Below are positions 40,911 to 50,163 of a DNA stretch of 64,000 nucleotides, one piece after another. The notes below the pieces were generated by a model. It saw only the letters and a list, made by a program, of their open reading frames with translations, searched no databases and had not been told where the DNA came from. The position numbers were made by a program, and so were the translations under genes. This stretch comes from Candidatus Kapaibacterium sp. GTDB taxonomy: Bacteria > Bacteroidota > Ignavibacteria > Kapaibacteriales > UBA2268. The stretch's first letter is position 1, and the number at the start of each line of letters is the position of its first letter. The DNA is taken from NCBI GenBank assembly GCA_023957315.1, contig JAMLHE010000005.1:169132-233131 (forward strand), written 5' to 3'.

Positions 40911-42569
40911 ATGAAACAAAAAATCTTGGGGTGGTTGTTAGCAATCATACTTGGCGTAACTATCGGCGTCATCGTGACACCAATGGTATCAAACGACAAT
41001 GTTTACAGTCAATTAGAAAAATACAAAAAAGTATTTGGGCTCACAGTTAAGAATTACGTTGACGATGTAGATACGCAAAAGCTCACCGAAGCAGCAATCA
41101 AGGGTATGTTAAACGACCTTGACCCGCATTCGGTTTATATAAATGCTGAAGATATGAGAGCTGTCCAAGAAGATTTCCAAGGCAGTTTCGAAGGTATTGG
41201 TGTCCAATTTGATATGATTAATGATACTATTACAATCATTACTCCCATTTCCGGCGGACCCAGCGAATTATTGGGTATTTTAGCCGGAGACAAAATCGTC
41301 GCAATTGATGGCGAAAATGCCGTGGCTATGAATAGAGACGAAGTTCCCAAGAAATTGAAAGGTCCAAAAGGAAGCAAAGTTTCTGTAGATATAATCAGAG
41401 GCTCGCAAACCAAACCACTCAACTTTGTGATTGTTCGTGATAAAATTCCGCTTTATACAGTTGACGCTTCATTCTTATTTGATAATTCAGACATCGGGTT
41501 TATTCGTGTGAATAGATTCGCTGCTACAACTCACAAGGAATTGAAAGAAGCATTGATAAGCCTGAAAGAAGAAGGTATGAAGAAACTCATCCTTGATTTG
41601 CGCGGCAATCCCGGTGGATTCTTGCAACAAGCATATTACATGGCAGGTGAATTCCTGAAAGCAGGCGATACAATTGTTTATACAGAAGGCAGACGCCCTG
41701 AGTTTGACGAAATGATGCGTGCAGAACGCACAGGACAATTCAGCAATTTGCCAATTATCGTATTGATTAATCATGGTTCTGCTTCTGCAAGCGAAATCGT
41801 TTCCGGTGCAATCCAGGACTTAGACAGAGGCTTGGTTGTCGGGACAACATCATTCGGCAAAGGGCTTGTCCAACGTCAATATGACATTGGCGATGGTTCA
41901 GCGTTCAGATTAACAGTTTCAAAATATTTTACTCCATCGGGCAGAAGTATTCAACGCCCTTATGATGACAAACTAAACTATCGCAGACTTTTCGGTAGAT
42001 TGGAACTCGAAGAAGGCTCAAATATCGAACACGCTTTGGAAACAGTGCGTAAAGAATTCAAAGACGAAAAAATAACAGGTAAAGATAGCAGTAACTATGT
42101 TAATATGGATGAACTTCCAATTCATTACACCAAAAGCGGCAGAACTGTTTTGGGTGGCGGTGGAATCACCCCTGATTACATTATCAAATCCGATACATTG
42201 ACTGATTTATCAGTTCAGCTAAGAATCAAGCGTATATTTTACGAATTTGTGAACAACAATTTACGCAATGGCGAAGATGTGAAAAAGACTTATGGCAGAG
42301 ATTTCAAGGCATTCGCAAATGATTTCAAAATGTCGGCAAAAATGCACGAAGACTTCAGAAAACTTGCTGAAAGTAAGGAAATCGAATGGAATGAAGAACA
42401 ATTCAAGATTGATGTGGACTTCATCAATGCCGAAATAAAGGGTACCCTTGCGAGTATCGTTTGGGGCTCAAAGGAACGTTCGCAATTGTTCTATTCATCA
42501 ATTGACCGCCAAGTCAAAAAAGCTTTGACACTATTCCCTGAAGCGGAAAAAATCGCAAAATTGAAATAA
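40911..42569 (+). CDS. ctp: Carboxyl-terminal processing protease (S41)
   Basis: PDZ region GILAGDKIVAIDG. S41 motifs LDLRGNPGG and FGKGLVQ. N-terminal TM. Confidence 0.85.
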   Translation: MKQKILGWLLAIILGVTIGVIVTPMVSNDNVYSQLEKYKKVFGLTVKNYVDDVDTQKLTEAAIKGMLNDLDPHSVYINAEDMRAVQEDFQGSFEGIGVQFDMINDTITIITPISGGPSELLGILAGDKIVAIDGENAVAMNRDEVPKKLKGPKGSKVSVDIIRGSQTKPLNFVIVRDKIPLYTVDASFLFDNSDIGFIRVNRFAATTHKELKEALISLKEEGMKKLILDLRGNPGGFLQQAYYMAGEFLKAGDTIVYTEGRRPEFDEMMRAERTGQFSNLPIIVLINHGSASASEIVSGAIQDLDRGLVVGTTSFGKGLVQRQYDIGDGSAFRLTVSKYFTPSGRSIQRPYDDKLNYRRLFGRLELEEGSNIEHALETVRKEFKDEKITGKDSSNYVNMDELPIHYTKSGRTVLGGGGITPDYIIKSDTLTDLSVQLRIKRIFYEFVNNNLRNGEDVKKTYGRDFKAFANDFKMSAKMHEDFRKLAESKEIEWNEEQFKIDVDFINAEIKGTLASIVWGSKERSQLFYSSIDRQVKKALTLFPEAEKIAKLK

Positions 42570-42593
42570 GGCATACAGCATAAATACGAAAAG

Positions 42594-42621
42594 GCAAGCG
42601 ACAGCTTGCTTTTTTTTTTTT
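42594..42621 (+). terminator. Rho-independent terminator after ctp
   Basis: gcaagcgacagcttgc hairpin followed by a 12-T run. Confidence 0.7.
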
Positions 42622-42644
42622 GAATTAATCAATATAATAATTTT

Positions 42645-42677
42645 GCCCCGTCCCGTCAGGTGTTACACCTGACGGGA
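42645..42677. repeat. GC-rich hairpin related to hairpin-1 module of the 156-bp repeat
   Basis: cccgtcaggtg-ttaca-cacctgacggg followed by gtctgaactatg (compare the repeat's atctgaactatc). Confidence 0.5.
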
Positions 42678-42849
42678 TGGTTAGTCTGAACTATGATTTA
42701 CATGATTTTGGTGATTAAGACGATGAATATAAATACAAACACCACATTATAAAACTTTGGAGTTAGACTTCGGAAGTCTTTATAATTAACTTCAAGATGC
42801 TTATTAAATTCATCTATTTTGAAAATTAGACTTCCGAAGTCTTCATCTG

Positions 42850-44481
42850 TCACATCTTCACAAACATCTGCGTCCGGCTGCTGATACGTATGTAATACAC
42901 ACCACGAGAGAGATGCGAAATATCAATTCTTAAATTCCCGCTCCCTGAGCCTGTCGAAGGGAGACGGGTGAGGTTCACACATTCACCAAGAGTGTTGTAG
43001 ATTTTAATTTCAGCAGTTTCATCAACCCCACGGTTAACCGTAGGGTTGATAGCAGCATTAATTTCAATATATTCGCTTGCCGGATTGGGGTGGATAAAGG
43101 ATACAGAGTTTGACTCGCTTACGCTTACATTGTTCAAGGTCGTGAAATTCCATGTTGGTGACCAAATCATTTTTTTGTTATGGCGGAGACCGACGCGCCA
43201 AAAATAACTCGTAAGATATTTAAAATCATTTAAAGTCAATTGATTTGATTTAAGATTCCCTTGATAAAAGATATTTTGGAAATTATTATCCTCAGCAATT
43301 TGGAAGTGATATGAATCTAATTGTGACGAAGGTTCCCACTCAAAATTTATTTCATCGCTTTTTTGTTGACTTCCATGGACGGGAGTTGTTAGCCGGATTG
43401 ATGCGGGTATAGGCTGAAATTTAAAAAACATCCCTTCATATTTATATATATTGCCGTACCACGTACCCACTACCGGCTTCTTGCCTGCCCAATCAATGCG
43501 CATGGTTAATGGTGCTTCGTCTATCATCTGCTGTGGTAATGGATGATAGTTCCAAGTATTACCCCCATCATTAGTCATAACAATTTTACCATACTGACCA
43601 ACTGCGACACCATTCAATTCATCATAAAATTTAATTGATTGAAGACCAAATTTTGGCTCAACAATTGTGTCAAGCACAGCGACCCAATTTTTACCTCTGT
43701 CTCGAGTTCGGTAAATTACATCTGACCGATAATGTGCTATACCAAGCAGTTCACTACCAACCAAAAAAGCTATACTGTCATTAACAATATCTAATTCTCT
43801 AAAACCTAAATATGTAGAATCAACTTTAAAATCACATAATCTCACCCAATTTTGAGTTTTAATATTAAAATTTACATACTGTTTAGAAAAATTATCGCCC
43901 GTTTTAGCTAAAACATAAAACCCTAAAGTTTCCTCATTAACTTTATCAATGCAATATATTTCGCTTCGTATAAGCATGGTATCGGCTATTGTATAAGTTT
44001 CCCACCCGTCTTCTGTTATATAAATATAGTGATGAAATGTATCATCAGACCATTGTGTATCTGTAATAATTCCACGCAAAGAATCAAACATAAAAATATT
44101 AATTGGGTTAGAATCTTCTGCAATTAAGATTTTACTAAATGATTTACCACGGTCTGTACTCTTTGTTACATATTTCCCTTCCGAGAAAATTGCGAAATAA
44201 TTGTCTTTATCGGGTGCGGAAAAATCACGTATATTCAGTAAATATTTAGGTTCTTCATTCATTGGGTCCGCTTTATAGGTCAAAGACCAAGTATCACCAG
44301 CATCATAGCTATGATAAAGCTCTATTAGTCCGGTTTGCTGAACCACAGATACGCACATCCCATCAAAGCATACCAAAGGATTAATTTGTCCCGTATCTAA
44401 ATTCTTTGTATATTTCCATTCAGAAGCATATGTAGCTATTCTTGCAATGAATAGTAAGAATATTATAATTAGTAGTTTCAT
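42850..44481 (-). CDS. Secreted BNR-repeat/FN3 protein with T9SS C-terminal sorting domain
   Basis: Signal peptide. Asp-box repeats (STDRGKSF, TRDRGKNW, TNDGGNTW). C-terminus ...FIHPNPASEYIEINA...GVYYIRISSRTQMFVKM. Confidence 0.7.
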   Translation of the reverse strand: MKLLIIIFLLFIARIATYASEWKYTKNLDTGQINPLVCFDGMCVSVVQQTGLIELYHSYDAGDTWSLTYKADPMNEEPKYLLNIRDFSAPDKDNYFAIFSEGKYVTKSTDRGKSFSKILIAEDSNPINIFMFDSLRGIITDTQWSDDTFHHYIYITEDGWETYTIADTMLIRSEIYCIDKVNEETLGFYVLAKTGDNFSKQYVNFNIKTQNWVRLCDFKVDSTYLGFRELDIVNDSIAFLVGSELLGIAHYRSDVIYRTRDRGKNWVAVLDTIVEPKFGLQSIKFYDELNGVAVGQYGKIVMTNDGGNTWNYHPLPQQMIDEAPLTMRIDWAGKKPVVGTWYGNIYKYEGMFFKFQPIPASIRLTTPVHGSQQKSDEINFEWEPSSQLDSYHFQIAEDNNFQNIFYQGNLKSNQLTLNDFKYLTSYFWRVGLRHNKKMIWSPTWNFTTLNNVSVSESNSVSFIHPNPASEYIEINAAINPTVNRGVDETAEIKIYNTLGECVNLTRLPSTGSGSGNLRIDISHLSRGVYYIRISSRTQMFVKM

Positions 44482-44580
44482 TTTTACTCCAATCTCAAAA
44501 AGTTTTCAAACAAACACCCTAGTATGTATAAACAAGTGAAAATCATTTTTGTCACAAAAATATGCAAAATATTTTAAATA

Positions 44581-44718
44581 TCAGATGTGCCACACCTGTG
44601 CCGAGGTTATCTGAACTATCTCTTTCGTCATTCTGAGCGAAGCGAAGAATCCATGCCTTTATGAAATCTTGATTCTTCGCCTGCGGCTTCAGAATGACCA
44701 ACGGTTCGGACAAAACAG
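44581..44718. repeat. Copy A of ~156-bp structured intergenic repeat (MITE/REP-like)
   Basis: tcagatgtgccacacctg...atctgaactatctctttcgtcattctgagcgaagcgaagaatccatgcctttatgaaatcttgattcttcgcctgcggcttcagaatgacc... is near-identical to the copies at 45250 and 45406. Confidence 0.8.
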
Positions 44719-44979
44719 TTACAAATCTTTATAGACTTCATCGCGCTTGGAAATCTTTATAATTTCAATCGTTAGAATTTTATCTTGTATTGTATAAACA
44801 ATGCGGTATGAAGAAACGCGAATCCGATACAGATTTTCTTTGAGAATTAATTTTTTACAACCACGTGGTCTTGGATTTTTGGCTAAAGAAAAGATTTTCT
44901 CGTTAATAGATTCGAGAATATCAAGAGGCAATTTGTCGAGACTTTTGAGGGCTGTTTTCTTAATTAGAATCCGATACAT
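44719..44979 (-). CDS. RelE/ParE-family type II toxin
   Basis: 86 aa with the RelE/ParE pattern ...NPRPRGCKKLILKENLYRIRVSSYRIVYTIQDKILTIEIIKISKRDEVY. Overlaps the upstream antitoxin ORF by 20 nt. Confidence 0.8.
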   Translation of the reverse strand: MYRILIKKTALKSLDKLPLDILESINEKIFSLAKNPRPRGCKKLILKENLYRIRVSSYRIVYTIQDKILTIEIIKISKRDEVYKDL

Positions 44980-45193
44980 CCAATTTCTTCTTTTTCTTTA
45001 TGATGGATTCAATGCTCGATTTATAGTCAACAGATTCCTCATTTTTTAGAAGTTCGTAGGCAATGATATCCTGAATATCCTCGATGTATTCCAAAGTAAT
45101 TTTCTTTGGCGATTTCAGAGGAAGCAACAAATGGGTTTTTGCACCATTCTGGTCGGTTATAAAACTAATATCAGGCATAAGACTCCTTTTCAT
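44960..45193 (-). CDS. Antitoxin of the RelE/ParE module (small acidic protein)
   Basis: 77 aa, immediately upstream of and overlapping the toxin. Ile/Leu-rich N-terminal half and acidic C-terminus are typical of cognate antitoxins. Confidence 0.6.
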   Translation of the reverse strand: MKRSLMPDISFITDQNGAKTHLLLPLKSPKKITLEYIEDIQDIIAYELLKNEESVDYKSSIESIIKKKKKLDVSDSN

Positions 45194-45249
45194 TTTAAGA
45201 ATACTAAATCATCAAACGATATATCATATAAGATATTTCACATTAAATT

Positions 45250-45405
45250 TCAGATGTGACACACCTGCCAAGGTGATCTGAACAATCTCTTTCGTCATTC
45301 TGAGCGAAGCGAAGAATCCATGCCTTTATGAAATCTTGATTCTTCGCCTGCGGCTCAGAATGACCGGATGTTCGGACAGAACGCTGTTGCTGTCCTTACA
45401 AAGTA
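45250..45405. repeat. Copy B of ~156-bp structured repeat
   Basis: Three modules: hairpin tcagatgtgacacacctgccaaggtgatctga; long imperfect hairpin gtcattctgagcgaagcgaagaatc/gattcttcgcctgcggctcagaatgac; hairpin ggacagaacgctgttgctgtcc. Confidence 0.8.
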
Positions 45406-45562
45406 TCAGATGTGACACACCTGCCAAGGTGATCTGAACTATCTCTTTCGTCATTCTGAGCGAAGCGAAGAATCCATGCCTTTATGAAATCTTGATTCTT
45501 CGCCTGCGGCTTCAGAATGACCAACGGTTCGGACAGAACGCTGTTGCTATCCCTACAAAATT
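45406..45562. repeat. Copy C of ~156-bp structured repeat (tandem to copy B)
   Basis: Same three-hairpin architecture; period 156 bp relative to copy B. Confidence 0.8.
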
Positions 45563-45599
45563 TCAGATGGACTCCACCTCGCAGGTGGAGTCCATCTAA
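45563..45599. repeat. Truncated repeat unit: perfect 16-bp hairpin, likely also the leuD terminator
   Basis: tcagatggactccacctg-cg-caggtggagtccatct starts with the repeat's tcagatg. Lies 4 nt downstream of the leuD stop. Confidence 0.6.
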
Positions 45600-45603
45600 G
45601 CCA

Positions 45604-46104
45604 CTAACTTATTCCCAACTTTTGCTTCAGTTTTAAGCGGCTGTAGGGTATTAAGCCACCCGCTTCGACGATTGCACGGCGAGCTTCGGGTAATGGAATT
45701 ATCGGATGTGTTGTTCCGCGTGTTTGGTTCACGACTTTGTCGTCATGAATTTCCAAATTGTCTCCGGCGTATGCTTCAATATCAGGGCAAATGATGGTTC
45801 GCAAACCAAGATTGATAGCATTTTGCAAAAAGATACGTGCAAAATCTTTGGCGATTATAATCACATTGTGCCCGACTAAGGTAGAAGCGGCTTGTTCGCG
45901 CGATGAACCGCACCCGAAATTATTTCCGGCAACAAGGATAGATTGCTCGTCGGCAGATTTGCCATTGAGCAACTGATTGAGGTCTTTCATATCATCGAAG
46001 GCATATTGCGGCGTTTCAGTTGGCAATACAGTCGCCATGTATCTTCCCGGATAAATTATATCGGTAGAAATATCATCTTCCAATTTATAAATCACTTTGA
46101 GCAT
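45604..46104 (-). CDS. leuD: 3-isopropylmalate dehydratase small subunit (short, type-2 LeuD/aconitase swivel domain)
   Basis: 166 aa; pattern DDISTDIIYPGRY...GCGSSREQA is typical of LeuD-type subunits; adjacent to leuC. Confidence 0.75.
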   Translation of the reverse strand: MLKVIYKLEDDISTDIIYPGRYMATVLPTETPQYAFDDMKDLNQLLNGKSADEQSILVAGNNFGCGSSREQAASTLVGHNVIIIAKDFARIFLQNAINLGLRTIICPDIEAYAGDNLEIHDDKVVNQTRGTTHPIIPLPEARRAIVEAGGLIPYSRLKLKQKLGIS

Positions 46105-46105
46105 T

Positions 46106-47398
46106 TTAATATCCTCCTTTGATTGGATTTGTGATTACACCCGTAATTGCAGATACTGCCGCTACAGCAGGTGATGCGAGGTAAACTTCGGCAACGGGAT
46201 TGCCCATTCTGCCCTTGAAATTGCGATTTGTAGTAGCCAGAGCTACTTCGCCGTCACCCAAGGCACCTTGGTGAACACCCAAACATGGTCCGCAACCGGA
46301 ATTCATGACGACGGCTCCTGCGCTCATCAAATCGGAAACATAGCCTAATTCCAAAGCTTCGCGATAAATCCGCGATGATGCAGGAAATACCAACATACGC
46401 ACGTTTTTTGATACTTTTTGTCCGCGAAGTAAATCGGCAGCGATTTTTATATCGTCCAATCTTCCGTTTGTGCATGACCCGATTACAACTTGGTGAATCC
46501 TTGTCCCTTCTACTTCGCTGACAGATTTGACGTTGTCAACTGTGTGGGGACAAGCGATTTGAGGTTCAAGTTTGGACACATCAATATGCACTGTTTGGCA
46601 GTATTCGGCATCATCGTCCGGCAAAACGGGCTCAAATGCTCCCTTAAATCCGGCAACTTCTCTCAAGTATCGCAAAGTTTCATTATCGGCGGGGATGATG
46701 CCAGACGTGGCACCTGCTTCGACGCTCATATTGCTGATTGTCAGTCGTCCTGATGTATCCATTGCCGAAATTGTCGAGCCATGAAATTCCAGAACTTTGA
46801 AATTTGCTCCTTGGGCGGATATTTTGCCAATTAAATGCAAAATGATGTCTTTTGCAGAAACGAATTTTTGCATTTCGCCATCAATGACAACTTTGATTGT
46901 ATCGGGAACTTCTACATTGAGAACGTGTCCCAAAGCCCATACTGAAGCCATTTCGGTGGCTCCGATACCAAATGAAAAAGCACCCAGAGCGCCATGAGTT
47001 GTAGTGTGGCTGTCTGTCCCGACTACGACATATCCGGGCAAAACATAGCCCATCTCGGGTAGAATTTGGTGACAAATTCCACCTTCATCACCGCGAATGT
47101 CATGAAATTTGGCAATGCCTTGTTCGGCAACAAATTCACGGATTTTTTTTTGATTTGTGGCTGTTTTCTTGCTTTCGGCAGGTACTCTGTGGTCTAAGAT
47201 TATAGAGATTCTATTCGGGTCCCAAACCTTTGGTTCGGCATTGAGTCCCGAGTAAATTTCGAAGAATTGATTCATTACCAAAGCGGCATTCTCGTGCGAC
47301 ATCGCCAAATCAACGCGTGGTTCGATAACATCGCCGACATTGACTCGAGGTTGACCAACAGCTTCGGCAAGTATTTTCCTCACAACTGTTTGTTTCAT
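46106..47398 (-). CDS. leuC: 3-isopropylmalate dehydratase large subunit (type-2 LeuC, aconitase family)
   Basis: 430 aa. Aconitase-family Fe-S ligand context (GSCTNGR, ...MNSGCGPCLG). 1-nt spacing to leuD. Confidence 0.8.
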   Translation of the reverse strand: MKQTVVRKILAEAVGQPRVNVGDVIEPRVDLAMSHENAALVMNQFFEIYSGLNAEPKVWDPNRISIILDHRVPAESKKTATNQKKIREFVAEQGIAKFHDIRGDEGGICHQILPEMGYVLPGYVVVGTDSHTTTHGALGAFSFGIGATEMASVWALGHVLNVEVPDTIKVVIDGEMQKFVSAKDIILHLIGKISAQGANFKVLEFHGSTISAMDTSGRLTISNMSVEAGATSGIIPADNETLRYLREVAGFKGAFEPVLPDDDAEYCQTVHIDVSKLEPQIACPHTVDNVKSVSEVEGTRIHQVVIGSCTNGRLDDIKIAADLLRGQKVSKNVRMLVFPASSRIYREALELGYVSDLMSAGAVVMNSGCGPCLGVHQGALGDGEVALATTNRNFKGRMGNPVAEVYLASPAVAAVSAITGVITNPIKGGY

Positions 47399-47505
47399 AA
47401 TAACTCCAATTTTTTACAAATCCGTACAATACGGACATTAAATATAATACTTCGGATTTGCACCAAAGCACTATACAAAATTATGAAATTAAAGCATATG
47501 ACCTA

Positions 47506-47922
47506 TCAAACAGCAGTGTTTTCAAGTACAGGTTTTTCAAGTACAAAATGAACTTTTTCTTGGATAACTTCTTCAGTGAAAGGCTTGGAAATAAATGCCA
47601 CGGCACCGTTTGCGATAGCAAAGCGAAGGAGGTCTTTGTCAATATTTGCAGAAATAATTATCACAGGAATTGCTTCTGTGATTTCGATTTTCTTGAGTAA
47701 TTTCAACATAGTATCTCCCCTAATTTCAGGAAGAATAAAGTCCAATATGATAACATCAGGCTTATGATTTATCGCCATGACTATTCCGTCATAAGGATTT
47801 AGTGCCGAAAAAACAGTAAAATCCTTTTTTTCCAGAGAATGGGTTATTGATTTATGAACCCAGCTATCATCGTCAATCAGTAAAACCGATTTCGAGCTGT
47901 TTCCTGAAAAATTCTCAAACAT
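47506..47922 (-). CDS. Single-domain response regulator (CheY-like receiver)
   Basis: LLIDDD acidic pocket, phospho-acceptor Asp in IILDFILP, S in IIISAN, K in SKPF; 138 aa. Confidence 0.8.
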   Translation of the reverse strand: MFENFSGNSSKSVLLIDDDSWVHKSITHSLEKKDFTVFSALNPYDGIVMAINHKPDVIILDFILPEIRGDTMLKLLKKIEITEAIPVIIISANIDKDLLRFAIANGAVAFISKPFTEEVIQEKVHFVLEKPVLENTAV

Positions 47923-47931
47923 AACATAATC

Positions 47932-50157
47932 CTACGCCTTATTGAATGGAATTCTAAAAGTAATCAAATTGCCATCTTCAACGCCGAAAGTGTCAACAGT
48001 CAGCTTTGCACCCATTATATTAAAATAAGCATTAATCTTAGATATTTTGAGCAAAATATCTGATTTATCATCTTTGAGTGCTTCAATAGTATTATCCGAA
48101 TTCAATTTGTACATGCCTATCATTTCTGAGACTAATTTGTTCGCACCACCGAGAATTTGGACTTCGACAATTCTCTCATAAGCATTTTCTTGTGCTTGAA
48201 TTATTATTTCGGTTTTATCAATACCTGTAGAAAGTATGTCGAATGCATTATAGGTAGCGATTGTAATTGTTTCGATGTTACCGTAAACTTTGACTTTTTT
48301 GGTATCGTCATCAACAATGAATTTGACATTATGATTGACATCTTTATCCATAGTATAATGACTTTGGGCAGCATTATATATATCAACTAACTTAGCAGTT
48401 TCAAACGCAACTGCAGTTTTATCTTGGACAATTGTTGCGTCAATCATATCCGAAACGAAAGTGAAAATTTCTTCGCTGGATTCTTCCGCCAATTTAACAT
48501 ACGAATCACGTTCATCATCAGTTTCGTATAATTTACCCGTTACCATTTGCAAAAATCCCAAGATACCGGTAAGAGAATTTCGCAATTGGAAACTCATTTT
48601 TCTCATGAAATAGTTCTTCGATTCAATCGCTTCTCGCGCAAAAAGTTCAGCAAGTTTCAATTGCTTTTGTTGGAGCAATGTTTGTTCTTCTGCGAGTTTT
48701 TCGATTGTGACATCACGCCCGATGCAATAAATTAATTTGTCTTTGGGAGAAATAGTGAACGACCAATTGACCCATCTGAATTTTTCAGTCTGTGATTTCA
48801 TTTTCAAATAGGTTCTTTCGGTTATTTCATGGTCAGCTTTTATATTCAATATTTTGTTGAATTCGCGGAGATTTTCATCATCAAAAACATAATCATCGAA
48901 CGATGTTCCGATCACTTCGATTTCATCAACCCCGAAAATATCTTTAGCTGCGGGGTTCATGCTAATCCAATTTCGGTCAAATTTCATGACAGCGATAATA
49001 TCTTTAGAAGTTTCGACAATTCTGCGTTGCGACCTTGTCATACGGTCAGCCAATTCAAGTGCTCGAGAACGCGATGTGACTACAGCATAAACAAATCCAA
49101 AAAAGGCAAAGCTGATAAGTATAGAAATTATCAATGATGCTAAAGGCATATTGGCAGTTAATTGACCGCCAAAAGTAGGTGTTGTGTAGAATCTAATTGT
49201 GATTTCTCTATCGCCAATCATTATTGTTTCATCTTTCTGAAGCATAGGTTTATAATCAGAATCAATCAATGCAGAATTCGTAGATGAATAAATCGTAAAC
49301 AATTCACCGTTTTCGTCTTTATCATAAATTTTGTAAGCAATAGTAGTGTCAATCGGAGTATATGTGGTACCTACTAAAAATTCGTTCAAAAGAGCTGTTT
49401 CAAAAAACTTTTTAGCATTGAGTTCTACTGCAACCACACCGGCAAAATTATTTCTCCTATCGTTCAAATCTTCTCTTTCCGTGCCATATTTATAAATTGG
49501 AGTAATAAGATAAATTCCCAAAGTATCAGGTCGAGTATTGTAAAATCCTGTCGAGGTAGCTTTGTTATTATCACGAGCATATTCAATTGCATTGAACATT
49601 TGCTTTTCAGGAGCTAAATCGAAACCAATTCTGTGGATATTTCGGCTATATGGAATAGAATGATTGATAAGGTAATACAAATCACTTTCGTTATTACTTT
49701 GAATTTCGAAGTCGTAATAGCCTTGCGAGCGGACATAGAAAACGAACTCACTCAAAGAACTTTTCGGGACTTGAGCAATGTATGAAATCCCGGATATTGA
49801 AGTATAAGTTCTTGTGGGTATTGTGGCGTAAAGCTCGAAATAATCGCGAACAACGTCAATAATCAAATCATACAATCCGCTCATTGAAAAGAGCACTTCC
49901 AGATTTCTCAGATTAACGGTTTCAATACGAGATATTACATTAGTAGTCGATTTATTAAACTCACTTTGCAACTCACTTTCAATTTGATTGCTAACAATAT
50001 CCCGAACAAAAAAACTCAGTACCAATAAAATAATTAGTATTAGATAGGCAGGATAAGTTTTCTTTATGGAATGTATTCCGGCTCCCTTATGGGCAACATC
50101 CCTTAAAATCTTATCATATGATACCGTTTGTTTTACATCACTCATTCTATTTTCCAA
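47932..50157 (-). CDS. Membrane sensor with periplasmic domain, PAS domain and degenerate histidine-kinase core (phospho-acceptor His apparently absent)
   Basis: N-terminal TM, ~300-aa extracytoplasmic region, second TM, PAS-like segment, then a HisKA-like helix where the expected SHELRTPL is SFQLRNSL. The C-terminal ATPase-like domain lacks clear N/G1/G2 boxes but ends in a G-x-G...TFRIPF-like pattern. Confidence 0.55.
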   Translation of the reverse strand: MENRMSDVKQTVSYDKILRDVAHKGAGIHSIKKTYPAYLILIILLVLSFFVRDIVSNQIESELQSEFNKSTTNVISRIETVNLRNLEVLFSMSGLYDLIIDVVRDYFELYATIPTRTYTSISGISYIAQVPKSSLSEFVFYVRSQGYYDFEIQSNNESDLYYLINHSIPYSRNIHRIGFDLAPEKQMFNAIEYARDNNKATSTGFYNTRPDTLGIYLITPIYKYGTEREDLNDRRNNFAGVVAVELNAKKFFETALLNEFLVGTTYTPIDTTIAYKIYDKDENGELFTIYSSTNSALIDSDYKPMLQKDETIMIGDREITIRFYTTPTFGGQLTANMPLASLIISILISFAFFGFVYAVVTSRSRALELADRMTRSQRRIVETSKDIIAVMKFDRNWISMNPAAKDIFGVDEIEVIGTSFDDYVFDDENLREFNKILNIKADHEITERTYLKMKSQTEKFRWVNWSFTISPKDKLIYCIGRDVTIEKLAEEQTLLQQKQLKLAELFAREAIESKNYFMRKMSFQLRNSLTGILGFLQMVTGKLYETDDERDSYVKLAEESSEEIFTFVSDMIDATIVQDKTAVAFETAKLVDIYNAAQSHYTMDKDVNHNVKFIVDDDTKKVKVYGNIETITIATYNAFDILSTGIDKTEIIIQAQENAYERIVEVQILGGANKLVSEMIGMYKLNSDNTIEALKDDKSDILLKISKINAYFNIMGAKLTVDTFGVEDGNLITFRIPFNKA

Positions 50158-50163
50158 TTTAAA

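Noticed and set aside
45250-45599. Tandem 156-bp repeats as a CRISPR array
   Set aside because: The unit is far too long for a CRISPR repeat, there are no unique spacers between units (the units are contiguous), and no cas genes are in the window.
44581-45599. 156-bp repeats as integron attC sites with the TA module as a cassette
   Set aside because: No intI-type integrase is in the window and there are no convincing R''/R' (RYYYAAC/GTTRRRY) core sites at the unit ends. Kept only as a speculative alternative in the findings.
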